Below the pieces are notes generated by a model that was not told the origin of the DNA, ran no database searches, and was given only the letters and a program-made list of their open reading frames with translations. From Syntrophales bacterium (lineage in GTDB: Bacteria > Desulfobacterota > Syntrophia > Syntrophales > PHBD01): DNA of 64,000 bases. Below, in pieces: positions 51,553 through 61,738 of this stretch. The stretch spans positions 3,584,001 to 3,648,000 of the forward strand of contig OY764159.1 in assembly GCA_963668175.1 (NCBI GenBank), written 5' to 3'. Made by a program: the position numbers and the translations under genes. How positions within the stretch are numbered: position 1 is the first letter of the stretch; each line of letters opens with the position of its first letter.

Positions 51553-51792
51553 ATGGAACAACTCGCAAAACTGATGCGGATCAGGGAGGCAACCGATTTC
51601 ATCGTCAACGGGATGATGTCGGGATGTGTCCAGATGTCCGCCGCAGCCGGAGAGGCCTACAGGGAGATCGTCGATCAGTTCTATCATGAAAACAACGGGT
51701 TCATGACTCCGGAGCAATACCATTTATGTCGTTATAATTTTGTCAGTTTCCTATCCTGCATCGATGCCGCCATCGACCGGTGCCGGAACTAG
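51553..51792 (+). CDS. Small hypothetical protein
   Basis: 79 aa, coding-like composition, same strand as the methyltransferase. Confidence 0.5.
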   Translation: MEQLAKLMRIREATDFIVNGMMSGCVQMSAAAGEAYREIVDQFYHENNGFMTPEQYHLCRYNFVSFLSCIDAAIDRCRN

Positions 51793-51977
51793 CGACCTTA
51801 AAGAAACATCCCCGGCAAATCTCCATTCATTACGGCAAGCGGTATCTTCTCCGGTTTTCAATTACTTCCGGCAAGAACCCTCCGTCTATGATCGTGCAAT
51901 ATGTTTCATGAAAACAAAACGGAAACGGCCGGCCGGAAACAACTGCCCGGTTACAGCCGGCCATTTCCCTTGAAGGT

Positions 51978-53918
51978 TTAAGATGCAAAGTCCTTAAAAT
52001 CGGCCGGTCCCTCTTCATCCGTTTTCCCGCCGAAGACGCGACCTTTTCCTGCGTTTCGTCCGGCCGTCGCCGGAAGCGCCAATCCGCCGGATACGTCCCT
52101 CCCCCGGATATGTTTCCTGTCCCGGATTGACATGCCGGTCTCGCGATCGGAAATCCCGTCACCATTGCCGCCGATCACGGAAGCGAGTTCGCGGACCACG
52201 TCTCTCATTGCCATGGCCTGTCCGTTCATTTCCTCGGACGCACTGGCCGATTCTTCCGCATTGGCCGCATTCTCCTGGACCACCCTGTTCATTTCCTGGA
52301 CGGCCCTGCTGACTTGTTCGATGCCTTCCGCCTGCTCCACGGAAGCGGCGGCAATCTCGCTGATCAGTTCGGCGACCTTGGCGGCGCTCTGCGCCACGTT
52401 CGCGAAATCTCCATTGGTCCTGTCGACCAGATCGGATCCGTCCTTGATCTTTTTGATCGTCCCTTCAATCAGGACGGACGTGCTCTTCGCCGCTTCCGCC
52501 GCCCGGATGGCCAGATTGCGGACTTCTTCCGCGACAACGGCGAAACCGGCCCCCGCTTCTCCCGCCCTGGCCGCCTCCACAGCGGCGTTGAGCGCGAGCA
52601 GATTGGTCTGGAAGGCGATCTCGTCAATCGTCTTGATAATCTTCGATGTGTCCTCGCTGGCCTGGGTTATATCTTCCATGGATCCGGTCAGGCTCTTCAT
52701 AGAATCGTTCGCCCGGGATACGACTTGCTTCGTCTCTTCCATCAGCTGATTGGCAGCCCCGGCGTTATCGGCGTTCTTCTTGGTCATGGATGCTATCTCT
52801 TCCAGCGACGATGACGTTTCCTCAATGGCGGACGCCTGCTCGGACGCACCCTCAGCGAGCCCCTGGCTGGCGGAAGCGACCTCCCCGGAGGCCGCCGCAA
52901 TCTGATCCGAACCGGCATTCAGCTTCCTGGAGGCCTGCTGAATCGGTCCGGCGATGGATCTGGCCATCATATAGGCCAACCCGATCGCCAGCAGGGCAAA
53001 GAATATAACGCCTCCGAATATGATGTTTCGGGTCATGCGGGCCGACTGGAGCATCTCGTCCACCGGCACGGCCGTGATGACGCACCAGCCGTTGATCTTT
53101 ACAGGGGCAAAACCGGCATACTTTTTGACCCCGTTATAAACATACTCTAGTACCCCCGTTTCGCCGGACAGGGCCTTTCGCATCACTTCCTCCATCCCCG
53201 CAACTTTGGAGAGGTTGAGCTGCAGAACTTGTTTGGCATCCGGGTATACGATCACCGTCCCGTCCTTGCCGACCATATAGACGTATCCCGTCTTGCCGAG
53301 CTTGATCTCATTGATTTTCTCGGCAAGAAAAGAGACTTTCATGAGACCCGATATCATACCGATCACCTGGCCGTTTTCATCCTTTACCGGATGGGTGATC
53401 GAACAGACGGGCTCGTTGTTCTTCTTGTTGAGGACGACAGAATCCATACTGGCGTTGCCCTGCATGGCCTTCTTGAAATAATCGCGGTCGCCGGCTTTGA
53501 GACCTTTGGCTGCACCGTTTACGCTGTCGGTAAAGACGAGGCCTTCTTTGCCCGCGAGAAAAATGAAATCGTACCGTCCTTTGGCGATGGACTGCAGTTT
53601 GGCCAGTTCTTTCTCCAGGAATGCAACCTTTTCGGAACTGCCGCCGGCATTGATTTCCTTGACGGCCTGAACCACGGCATCCCGCTGGGCAAGCATCGAT
53701 ATCGCGTTCGATTCAGAGGTCATGACGGTATCGACCATGTCCCCGATACTCTTCGAAATCATCAAAATCTGCTGCTCCGTCTCCTTCTCCATGCTCGACT
53801 TCGCGTTGTAAACGGCAATCGATCCGAGAATGATCACCGGGACGATGGCCATAAGACATCCTCCCATCACCAACTTTGCCTTCAATCCCCCAGTTTTGAA
53901 GGAAACACCACTGAACAT
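51978..53918 (-). CDS. Methyl-accepting chemotaxis protein with dCache-like sensor
   Basis: Two [36 protein letters not shown]. Confidence 0.95.
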   Translation of the reverse strand: MFSGVSFKTGGLKAKLVMGGCLMAIVPVIILGSIAVYNAKSSMEKETEQQILMISKSIGDMVDTVMTSESNAISMLAQRDAVVQAVKEINAGGSSEKVAFLEKELAKLQSIAKGRYDFIFLAGKEGLVFTDSVNGAAKGLKAGDRDYFKKAMQGNASMDSVVLNKKNNEPVCSITHPVKDENGQVIGMISGLMKVSFLAEKINEIKLGKTGYVYMVGKDGTVIVYPDAKQVLQLNLSKVAGMEEVMRKALSGETGVLEYVYNGVKKYAGFAPVKINGWCVITAVPVDEMLQSARMTRNIIFGGVIFFALLAIGLAYMMARSIAGPIQQASRKLNAGSDQIAAASGEVASASQGLAEGASEQASAIEETSSSLEEIASMTKKNADNAGAANQLMEETKQVVSRANDSMKSLTGSMEDITQASEDTSKIIKTIDEIAFQTNLLALNAAVEAARAGEAGAGFAVVAEEVRNLAIRAAEAAKSTSVLIEGTIKKIKDGSDLVDRTNGDFANVAQSAAKVAELISEIAAASVEQAEGIEQVSRAVQEMNRVVQENAANAEESASASEEMNGQAMAMRDVVRELASVIGGNGDGISDRETGMSIRDRKHIRGRDVSGGLALPATAGRNAGKGRVFGGKTDEEGPADFKDFAS

Positions 53919-54006
53919 ATCAACCTCCTTGCTGCTCTTTTTTTCATAAAACCACACCACCTGCGGTGTTTATGATTCAGCATACAACAGCCTCCCGAGG
54001 AGACGC

Positions 54007-55461
54007 TCACGTCGGCCGATGGTTTGCCGCGATCGCCGACTGCCGTCTTTTTCCCGAAACGAGCACCGATAAATCGGCCACAAAGTCTTCCATCTGCTCC
54101 GCCTGGGCGCTTAACTCTTCGCTGGCGGATGCGGACGCTTCCGCATGGGCGACCGTTCCCTGCATCACCCTTTCCATCTCGGATACCGCCTTGTCGATCT
54201 GGCCGATGCCTTCTGCCTGTTCATTGGATGCCGCCGAAATTTCGTCGATGATGCCGCCTATCTTTGCGGATATCTCGACGTTTCCCTTAAAAGCTTCTTT
54301 CGTCTGATCCATGATCTGGCTGCTTTTCCTGGCTACCTGAATCGTGTTGTCGATCAGTCCCGCCGTGTTCCTCGCCGCCTCGGCTGCCCTCATGGCCAGA
54401 TTGCGGACCTCGTCGGCTACGACGGCGAATCCGGCACCGGCTTCTCCGGCACGGGCCGCTTCCACCGCCGCATTCAACGCCAGCAGATTCGTTTGAAAGG
54501 CGATCTCGTCGATCGTCTTGATGATCTTGCCCGTCTCTTCACTGGTCCTGGTTACTTCGCTTACCGCTTTTGCCATGTTGTCCATGTGCATACTGACGCG
54601 GTCGACTATTTCCCTGGCTTCCGCCATGTGCGTCTTGGCTTGATCGGCGCTCGCGGCATTACGCTTGGTCATAGACGCCATTTCCGCGAGGGATGAGGAC
54701 GTCTCTTCGACGGAGGACGCCTGCTCCGAGGCCCCTTGTGCCAGCACCTGGCTCGAAGAGGCCATCTTGCCGGAAGCTGAAGCGACATGCCCCGCACCCG
54801 CGGCCAACCCCTTTATAACGCGATGGATCGGTTTGGTAATCGACCGGACGATCACGATGCCCAGAATAAATACGATGACAAGGCCGGAAACGCCGAAGAT
54901 CAGGACCTTGATCATGATCTCATAGACCACCCGGTCATAATGCGTATTGGGTACGCCGACATAGAAGATGCCGATGACCTCGCCCCGGCTGTTCTTGATT
55001 GGCTCATATGCCGTTTGATACCAGGTACCGACCACATTGGCCTTCCCGATGTACGGCTGTCCCTTCTTGATCACGGCGTCGACGATATTCTCTGCAGCCT
55101 TGGTCCCGACGGCCCGCTCGCCCGAACTATTCTTTACGGTTGTAGCTATTCGCATATCGCCCTGGAAAATGGTGACGGCATCGTTCGACATTGCGGCAAT
55201 GTTGTCCACTGCCGCGAAGTTATCGTTCATCCGGACATCGCCCTTGAATAATTTTCCCTCCTTCACCGACCATTCCCCGGGATACCGGTCGTTCAGCACC
55301 GCGTAACTCAACGCCATATCGCTTCTTAACTTTTCATGGGCCGTGACGATGATCTTGTCGCGGACCGTCATGACGGTGAACAGGATCATGCACGTGAACA
55401 CAATCGCAAACAGAACGAGTAACATGAGAGCTTTTGTCTGAAACTTAAGATTGGAAAACAT
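54007..55461 (-). CDS. Methyl-accepting chemotaxis protein with single-Cache-type sensor
   Basis: [13 protein letters not shown]...RAVGT...YEPIK; MCP hairpin motif. Confidence 0.95.
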   Translation of the reverse strand: MFSNLKFQTKALMLLVLFAIVFTCMILFTVMTVRDKIIVTAHEKLRSDMALSYAVLNDRYPGEWSVKEGKLFKGDVRMNDNFAAVDNIAAMSNDAVTIFQGDMRIATTVKNSSGERAVGTKAAENIVDAVIKKGQPYIGKANVVGTWYQTAYEPIKNSRGEVIGIFYVGVPNTHYDRVVYEIMIKVLIFGVSGLVIVFILGIVIVRSITKPIHRVIKGLAAGAGHVASASGKMASSSQVLAQGASEQASSVEETSSSLAEMASMTKRNAASADQAKTHMAEAREIVDRVSMHMDNMAKAVSEVTRTSEETGKIIKTIDEIAFQTNLLALNAAVEAARAGEAGAGFAVVADEVRNLAMRAAEAARNTAGLIDNTIQVARKSSQIMDQTKEAFKGNVEISAKIGGIIDEISAASNEQAEGIGQIDKAVSEMERVMQGTVAHAEASASASEELSAQAEQMEDFVADLSVLVSGKRRQSAIAANHRPT

Positions 55462-56302
55462 ATTCACCCCTCCCGATCCTCTTTTCTTTATGGCATCCGG
55501 CGTAAAATACACCGGTTCCCCTCCATTCCGGACGGCGAAAGATTTTCTGACGAGCTTTTGCTGCGGCCTACTGTTTTCGACCGACCGTTCATGCGGCAGA
55601 CCACGGACCGATACCCGCAAGAACGGATTTTGCCGAAGAAAAGGACCGTTCCTTTTACCGCGCTCAATCATCAGTTTCGAATATATTGTAATCCTTTGGA
55701 TATTGCTTTGCGCAGGGCGGACGTGACATAACGGTCATCGTCAGCATCTAAATAGGCGACGACGAAACGACCCATTGTTTAACGAAGGAAATGTTTCGGG
55801 AAATGGGTTACCTGAATTTATGATGGGCTGAGATTGAGGTTCTAACCGAGGTTAATACCGCATCAAACGGCGGCCTCCCGGATTCTTTGGATATCCTCTA
55901 TTTAATGATGTCAGAACAATCCTGTTAAAAATCCCCCCTGACAGTACGCTTTCCTCATTAAAATCGAGAAAACATATCTGTACAGTTACAATCTCATTTT
56001 ATCAATGATTACTGATATTTCCCATATATAAACATCAAACTATCGTCGCCTTGGCGGTATTATAGAGCAAATACACTCTGAGTACAATACGAAATATTCC
56101 ATAAAATAGGATTAAAAATATAATCTGTTTAAGCCTGTGATGTATGTTAATAGTATTATTAGATTTACAACGGTGGCATTGGAAACGGCTGGTTCTTTCG
56201 GTGATCGAGAACATCGGCGGCAGGCATGGTGCAGGAGAAAGAATCGTTCATAATCGCGGGCATCTTCTTCGGATGGCGTTTATATTTCAAGACGTACGAT
56301 GG

Positions 56303-56338
56303 TCGGGTGGACCCGATCTTTCAAAAGGGTCCACCCGA
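56303..56338. terminator. Strong stem-loop downstream of the third MCP
   Basis: Perfect 12-bp inverted repeat TCGGGTGGACCC / GGGTCCACCCGA; no clear U-tract. Confidence 0.5.
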
Positions 56339-56455
56339 ACCATGAAGGCGTCTCTAGCCAAAACGGCGGAAACAATAGAATGCCCCGGCAAACGGGCACA
56401 TAATTCAGACGCATACGAATGAGATCATAACGCATCTGTCTCAGGCGTTTACGAT

Positions 56456-58381
56456 CTAATATTTCTTAAACTCCTTGTCGTCCATCGGCAGTATGTCTTG
56501 TTTTGATCCTATTACAGAAGCCCGCAACCTTGAGCCCTCTCTGCTGAAAAAAGGATTACCGCTTCCCGCACCGTCATCCTGAGTAATTGAAGCTCCGTGC
56601 CGGGCGGAACCGGGCACCGATACGTTGCCTTTCATTGTGCCGCTGACAATACCATTGAGATTGAAGATGAGGCCGCGCATCATCTCCGCCTGGGCATTGG
56701 TCTGTTCAGAGGAGCTGGCAAGCTCTTCGGCATTGGCCGCATTCTGCTGCACAACCTTATCCATCTCTGCCACGGCCTTGTTGACCTGATTGATGCCTTC
56801 GGCCTGTTCGGTATTGGCCGCCGAGATCTCGCCCACCAGATCGGCAACCTTGGCGGATCTGTCGGCTACATCCAGGAAATCCTTATTCGTCCTGTTCACC
56901 AATTCGGTTCCTTCTTTAATCTTCTTGACCGTATCCTCGATCAGTCCCGCCGTGTTCTTGGCTGCTTCGGCAGCCCGAATGGCTAGATTGCGAACTTCTT
57001 CAGCGACGACTGCAAAGCCGGCTCCGGCTTCTCCCGCACGAGCGGCCTCTACCGCTGCGTTCAGGGCCAGCAGGTTGGTTTGAAAGGCGATCTCGTCGAT
57101 AGTCTTGATGATTTTCGACGTCTCTTCACTGGCCATTGCGATATCATTCATCGATTTGGTCAGGGTCTGCATGGATTCGTCGGCCCGCCCCACGACCTTC
57201 TTCACTTCACCCATCATTGCGTTGGCCTGAACGGCGTTCTCGGCATTCAGCCTGGTCATGGACGACATTTCCTCCAGAGACGACGATGTCTCCTCGATCG
57301 CCGCCGCCTGCTCCGAAGCCCCTTCGGCCATGGACTGGCTGGCCGTCGAAACCTCCGTTGACGCCGTAGCAATCTGATGAGCTGCTTCAGTGAGTTCCCT
57401 GACAATGCCGGCAACCGGTTTGCTGATACTCCGGGAGAAAAAGACGACGACAACCAGCGTGACGACGAGAAAGGCACAACCGAGAATAAGAATGAAATTC
57501 CTTATCATATGGGCCGGCGCCAGAAATTCGTTCGAGTCTTGTGTAACGGCAACCCGCCAGTTGGTGAGATCGACGGCCGCATATCCGCAAATCTTGTGAA
57601 CACCCTTAAATATGTAATCGTCCACACCGCTCTTTCCGCCGAGCATCCTGGATACGAACTCCTTCATACCGTCCAGTCCGGCGATATTCAATTCCAGGAT
57701 AAATTCCTTTTTCGGATGAGCGATAACGAGCCCCGTTTTGTCCACAATAAAAGGATATCCCGTTTTACCGATCTTAAGCGACGCGATCTTTTCGTTAAGG
57801 AAGTCCATTTTCAGCACCAGTGCCACGATCCCGACAAAATTCCCGGATTCCGCATATATCGGACAGACTACGGGAACCACGGGATTACCCGTCGCTTTCG
57901 ATTTGACGGCGGTGCCTACGTTGGCTTTGCCGGCTTTGGCGTCCTTGAAGTAATCGCGGTCCGCGAAGGACATTCCCCTGTACTTGCCGCCCACTCCGTC
58001 TACAAACGCCACGCCGTTGGCATCCGTCACAAATATGCCTTCATAATCGCTGCCGACTTTTTTCATCATCGCCGCAAGATCGGCCGCTTGCCTGGCAAGC
58101 TGGCCGTCGGCTTCTCCGGATCTGCCCGCCGTTACCGCGGCGGCAACCGCAACGATGTCATTCTTTACAGCCAGAGAATTTACCAGTTTGATCTCTTCCA
58201 GAAAAATCGTCTGAACGGAAGCGGCCAGTTCATTGGCGATATGAGCCGCTTGTTCCGTAGCAGCGTTCATCAGGGCCTTCTCCGATTTAAACGCCGAGAA
58301 GGCACCGACCACCAGGAGGGGAACCAAAACGGCCAAGACCCCGCCCAGTGTCATCTTGAAATTCAATGATCTTTCCTTCAT
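56456..58381 (-). CDS. Methyl-accepting chemotaxis protein with dCache-like sensor
   Basis: DRDYFK, GYPFIVDKTGLVIAHP, MCP hairpin motif; ends EFKKY. Confidence 0.95.
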   Translation of the reverse strand: MKERSLNFKMTLGGVLAVLVPLLVVGAFSAFKSEKALMNAATEQAAHIANELAASVQTIFLEEIKLVNSLAVKNDIVAVAAAVTAGRSGEADGQLARQAADLAAMMKKVGSDYEGIFVTDANGVAFVDGVGGKYRGMSFADRDYFKDAKAGKANVGTAVKSKATGNPVVPVVCPIYAESGNFVGIVALVLKMDFLNEKIASLKIGKTGYPFIVDKTGLVIAHPKKEFILELNIAGLDGMKEFVSRMLGGKSGVDDYIFKGVHKICGYAAVDLTNWRVAVTQDSNEFLAPAHMIRNFILILGCAFLVVTLVVVVFFSRSISKPVAGIVRELTEAAHQIATASTEVSTASQSMAEGASEQAAAIEETSSSLEEMSSMTRLNAENAVQANAMMGEVKKVVGRADESMQTLTKSMNDIAMASEETSKIIKTIDEIAFQTNLLALNAAVEAARAGEAGAGFAVVAEEVRNLAIRAAEAAKNTAGLIEDTVKKIKEGTELVNRTNKDFLDVADRSAKVADLVGEISAANTEQAEGINQVNKAVAEMDKVVQQNAANAEELASSSEQTNAQAEMMRGLIFNLNGIVSGTMKGNVSVPGSARHGASITQDDGAGSGNPFFSREGSRLRASVIGSKQDILPMDDKEFKKY

Positions 58382-58523
58382 CGCTCTTCCTCTCCCCCTT
58401 TTTATTTTGTATATTCCAGGATAGGGATCATCGCCCCTTCCATTGCTCCGATCGGCACATAGGAAGCACCGTTCGGCAGATGCGTTTCCGTCCGGGACCG
58501 GCCTTTCGAACCGGCGCCCAAGG

Positions 58524-58536
58524 CCCCCCCCCCCCC
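58524..58536. repeat. C13/G13 homopolymer tract
   Basis: 13 consecutive C on the + strand, about 145 nt upstream of the MCP start. Confidence 0.9.
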
Positions 58537-59004
58537 GAAGCCTTTCGCACTTTATCCTGTTCCGGACCGGTTTATTCAGTCTGCCTGCGAGGCATCATTG
58601 CCGCTTCTCCCCCGGTCATGTACAAATATACCCGTTTCAGCGACGGACCGGTTCAAGGAAGGTCGGCCAGTCTTCTAGTGAAAGCGAAAGACAAATCAAA
58701 TCGAAAACAAAATCTCGGCAGAACGGCTTTGATCCTCAAGAAAAGCACACGGCGGTTCCGGCATCCCTGAGTCTCAGTCCTGTTTGTGAATATACTGATC
58801 AAGCCTCCGGGCTCCCCGATGGAAACAGCAGCCTTCTCCTCCGGGCCTCATGGCAAATAACATCCTCACAGGAGACGCGGAAAAACCGGATGCTCACAGT
58901 ATTATGGTAAGTTGATTATTCTTTGGATGAATGAACGATATTAAAAATGTTTCTTGGGGTCAATACAGAATCTTGATAGAGATAATACAGAGGAGAAATA
59001 CATA

Positions 59005-60492
59005 CTAGCCAAGGGTGAGGAGGTAGGAGCGCAGATTCTTGTTTTGCTTCCTTAAGTTGAGTTTTTTACGGATATTGTTCCGGTGAGTGTTGATGGTGCC
59101 GACGGATGCGTTCAATACCTCTGCGATGTCTTTCGACGCCCTGCCTTGTTTGATCATTTCCGCCACCCGGATTTCGGTAGGAGTCAAATTTCTGTATACC
59201 GCCGATATATTCTGGATGAAGGGTGAAACGATGTCGTTCAGATTGGCCTCCAGAAGCGTCAGATAATCATGATACTTGCCGTTGAGACCCGCCTGCTTGA
59301 GCTTTTCCAGATAGGGAACGACAAGCTCTTCTATGTTGACCTGTAGTCTCTCTTCCAGTTTCTTGTTGTCTTCGGTCTGTCGATTGAGAAGCACCCGCAG
59401 GGCAACGTTGGCTTCTTCCAAATCCTTATTGGCTTTCTCCAGTTCGGAGGTCCTCTCATCCGGGTGCTGCTCCACCTTATCGCGGGCGGCAAGCAGGGCG
59501 CTTTCCTTCATCCTGATTCCGGTGGCATCCCTGAAAATGCCCTGGATGATCATGTGCCCCTTGAATTCGATGGCGGTTCCGGTAATGTCTACGGGTATTT
59601 TTCTGCCATCCTTTGTCAGTATGAAGGTCGCCGTGACCGTTTGCCGACCGTTACTGGCCAATCCCTGGAATACGTTCCATATTTTATCCCATTCTTCCGG
59701 CGGATGAATCCGGGAGATGTGGCTGCCGACGATCTCTTCGATGGTATATCCGAAGAGCTCCTCTGCTTTGCGATTGGCCTCCAGCAGATTCCCCTTCTCG
59801 TCGGCCGTCAGAATCGCATCGTCCGCATTGTTAAGCAAAGACTGGTATTTTTCCTCCGACTGTCTCAGGATTTGTTCCAGACTCCGGCTGTCCACCGGTT
59901 CGGCATGCCGCCGGGCGTTGCTTGTGGTCATATCGTTCACCCGATATCCTGCTGAAGACTCCTGGCCTTGGCGATATGGACGGGTGTTCGCTTCTGATTT
60001 CCGCTGTGCAGTGACATCCTGCATATTCATGACCAAAGCTGATATGACCGCATTATCCGCCATATTCATGCCGATGCCTTCGAGAAAACGTTCCGAACCA
60101 TCCTTATGACTCATGGTGAAGGCATGGGAAAACGCTTCACCTTCCTTCGCGAGAATGGCCTCGTTGAAATCATGCATGGCCCGGGGGATCTCCGATGTCA
60201 CAATATAATCGAAAATGCGGCGTCCGATCAGGTCCTCCGGCTTATAACCGAGAGAACGCTCCACGGAGGGACTTGCATAGGTGATCGTGCCCGATTTGTC
60301 TGCCGCTAGGATGATGTCCCGGCCGGTCTCTGTGATAACCCTGAACAGTTCCTCGACCCGGCGCAGGGAGGAGATAATTTGCCTGAGATGGACATCCGAC
60401 GCCTTCAGTTTTGCGTTTTCCGCACGGAGGGCAGACGATTCGTCAGACTGATTAACGGGCTTCTCGGGATCGATCTCTTTTTCCATTCGCAT
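59005..60492 (-). CDS. PAS-PAS-LuxR transcriptional regulator
   Basis: Two PAS domains, coiled coil, LTPTEIRVA...SKDIA...TINTHRNNIRKKL HTH. Confidence 0.92.
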   Translation of the reverse strand: MRMEKEIDPEKPVNQSDESSALRAENAKLKASDVHLRQIISSLRRVEELFRVITETGRDIILAADKSGTITYASPSVERSLGYKPEDLIGRRIFDYIVTSEIPRAMHDFNEAILAKEGEAFSHAFTMSHKDGSERFLEGIGMNMADNAVISALVMNMQDVTAQRKSEANTRPYRQGQESSAGYRVNDMTTSNARRHAEPVDSRSLEQILRQSEEKYQSLLNNADDAILTADEKGNLLEANRKAEELFGYTIEEIVGSHISRIHPPEEWDKIWNVFQGLASNGRQTVTATFILTKDGRKIPVDITGTAIEFKGHMIIQGIFRDATGIRMKESALLAARDKVEQHPDERTSELEKANKDLEEANVALRVLLNRQTEDNKKLEERLQVNIEELVVPYLEKLKQAGLNGKYHDYLTLLEANLNDIVSPFIQNISAVYRNLTPTEIRVAEMIKQGRASKDIAEVLNASVGTINTHRNNIRKKLNLRKQNKNLRSYLLTLG

Positions 60493-61159
60493 GATTCCTG
60501 TCGATTTATATGACGTCACAATAATGCGTCGTCACTTCATACATAATCGAAAAATCGTGCCAGGAATCACAATTCTTATGATTATTTAATTATTTTGTTA
60601 TTACACATATTTACAATGTATTCGATTGAAAAACGCATTATCGGTGCGGCGAATCCCTGAGCGGTCAGTGCGGAAAATAGGACGACGTCCGGAAAATCGG
60701 ACAAAAAGGGGTGGCTGGCCTCAAGCGATGATGTGCAGGATCAGGAATCATTTCCGCATATTATTTCATATCTGTACAATTCGACCGCTATTATTGCACT
60801 CATGAAATTCACTTCACGACCGCATGGGACGCAGAAACCTCAGGAGGCAATAATCGTGAGGTTGTCTTCATATTCTTTAATCGGTTTCGCCTGATCTATA
60901 GAGAAATCACTATTTATCGGCCATGAGAAACGCAATCATGCATATTATCGGGTCGGACGTCCGCCGGACAAAGTACGCGGAACGCACTCGCATCCGGAAT
61001 CCTCACGATCAGCGATCCTATTATCCATTTTCTCGTTATAGATCAGGCTGTATCGACATTGAGAAGCGGCTGGAACGGTATCCATTCAAACGGCATCGGA
61101 TGGAATCACTGGAAAAGATTTATGCATGAAATGTCTCTAGTTGGGGAGAACACCCGTTG

Positions 61160-61723
61160 TCAAGGGGTGTTGCCGCAAGACTCTCCACAGACGGGACAGG
61201 ATTCGTCATCGGGACTCAAATCGCCGCCGCAGACCTCGCAGATGCGCATTTTCGACGTTCCGGCGACCACGGCCAACAGCGTTCCGAGGAAGGCAAAGCC
61301 CAGACCACCGATACCGAGAGCGGCAGGAAGAAAGAAAAATCCTACGTTGTCGCCGGTGGCCAGGCGAACGTCTTTCGGATCGGCAGGGTTATAACGGATG
61401 TTGTGTCGGGTGCCGGGGGTATAGTATCCGGCCTGAATCTGCATCTCCCGTTCGCTGGACGAATCATAGTCGGATAAAGAGCGGGTAACGTAATTTCTCC
61501 CTTGCAGGGCATATTGGAATTCTATTTCCAATCGGTAGCGTGTTTCTTCCTTGGAACCTTGTTGGACAACGACACGGCTGCCCGTAATGAGCGCCCGCGT
61601 AAGAGGCCACGCTCTGGAGGCGGCATACTGACGATAGCCCGTGCATGCCGCGGCCAGAATCAAGACCAGCCCCGTGGCCGCAAGAAGCCCCCCCAATTGT
61701 TTTATTGCCTGACGCCCATTCAT
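61160..61723 (-). CDS. DUF3592-like membrane protein with a C-terminal zinc ribbon
   Basis: TM, SRAWP, YNPADP, TM, CEVCG...CPVCG. Confidence 0.7.
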   Translation of the reverse strand: MNGRQAIKQLGGLLAATGLVLILAAACTGYRQYAASRAWPLTRALITGSRVVVQQGSKEETRYRLEIEFQYALQGRNYVTRSLSDYDSSSEREMQIQAGYYTPGTRHNIRYNPADPKDVRLATGDNVGFFFLPAALGIGGLGFAFLGTLLAVVAGTSKMRICEVCGGDLSPDDESCPVCGESCGNTP

Positions 61724-61738
61724 GATACGTATACTGCA

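Noticed and set aside
55462..56455. Possible c-di-GMP riboswitch or sigma28 promoter in the 1-kb MCP intergenic region
   Set aside because: Only scattered partial matches (GCGCAAAGC; TCTA-N15-GACGATAG), without the expected paired architecture or position.
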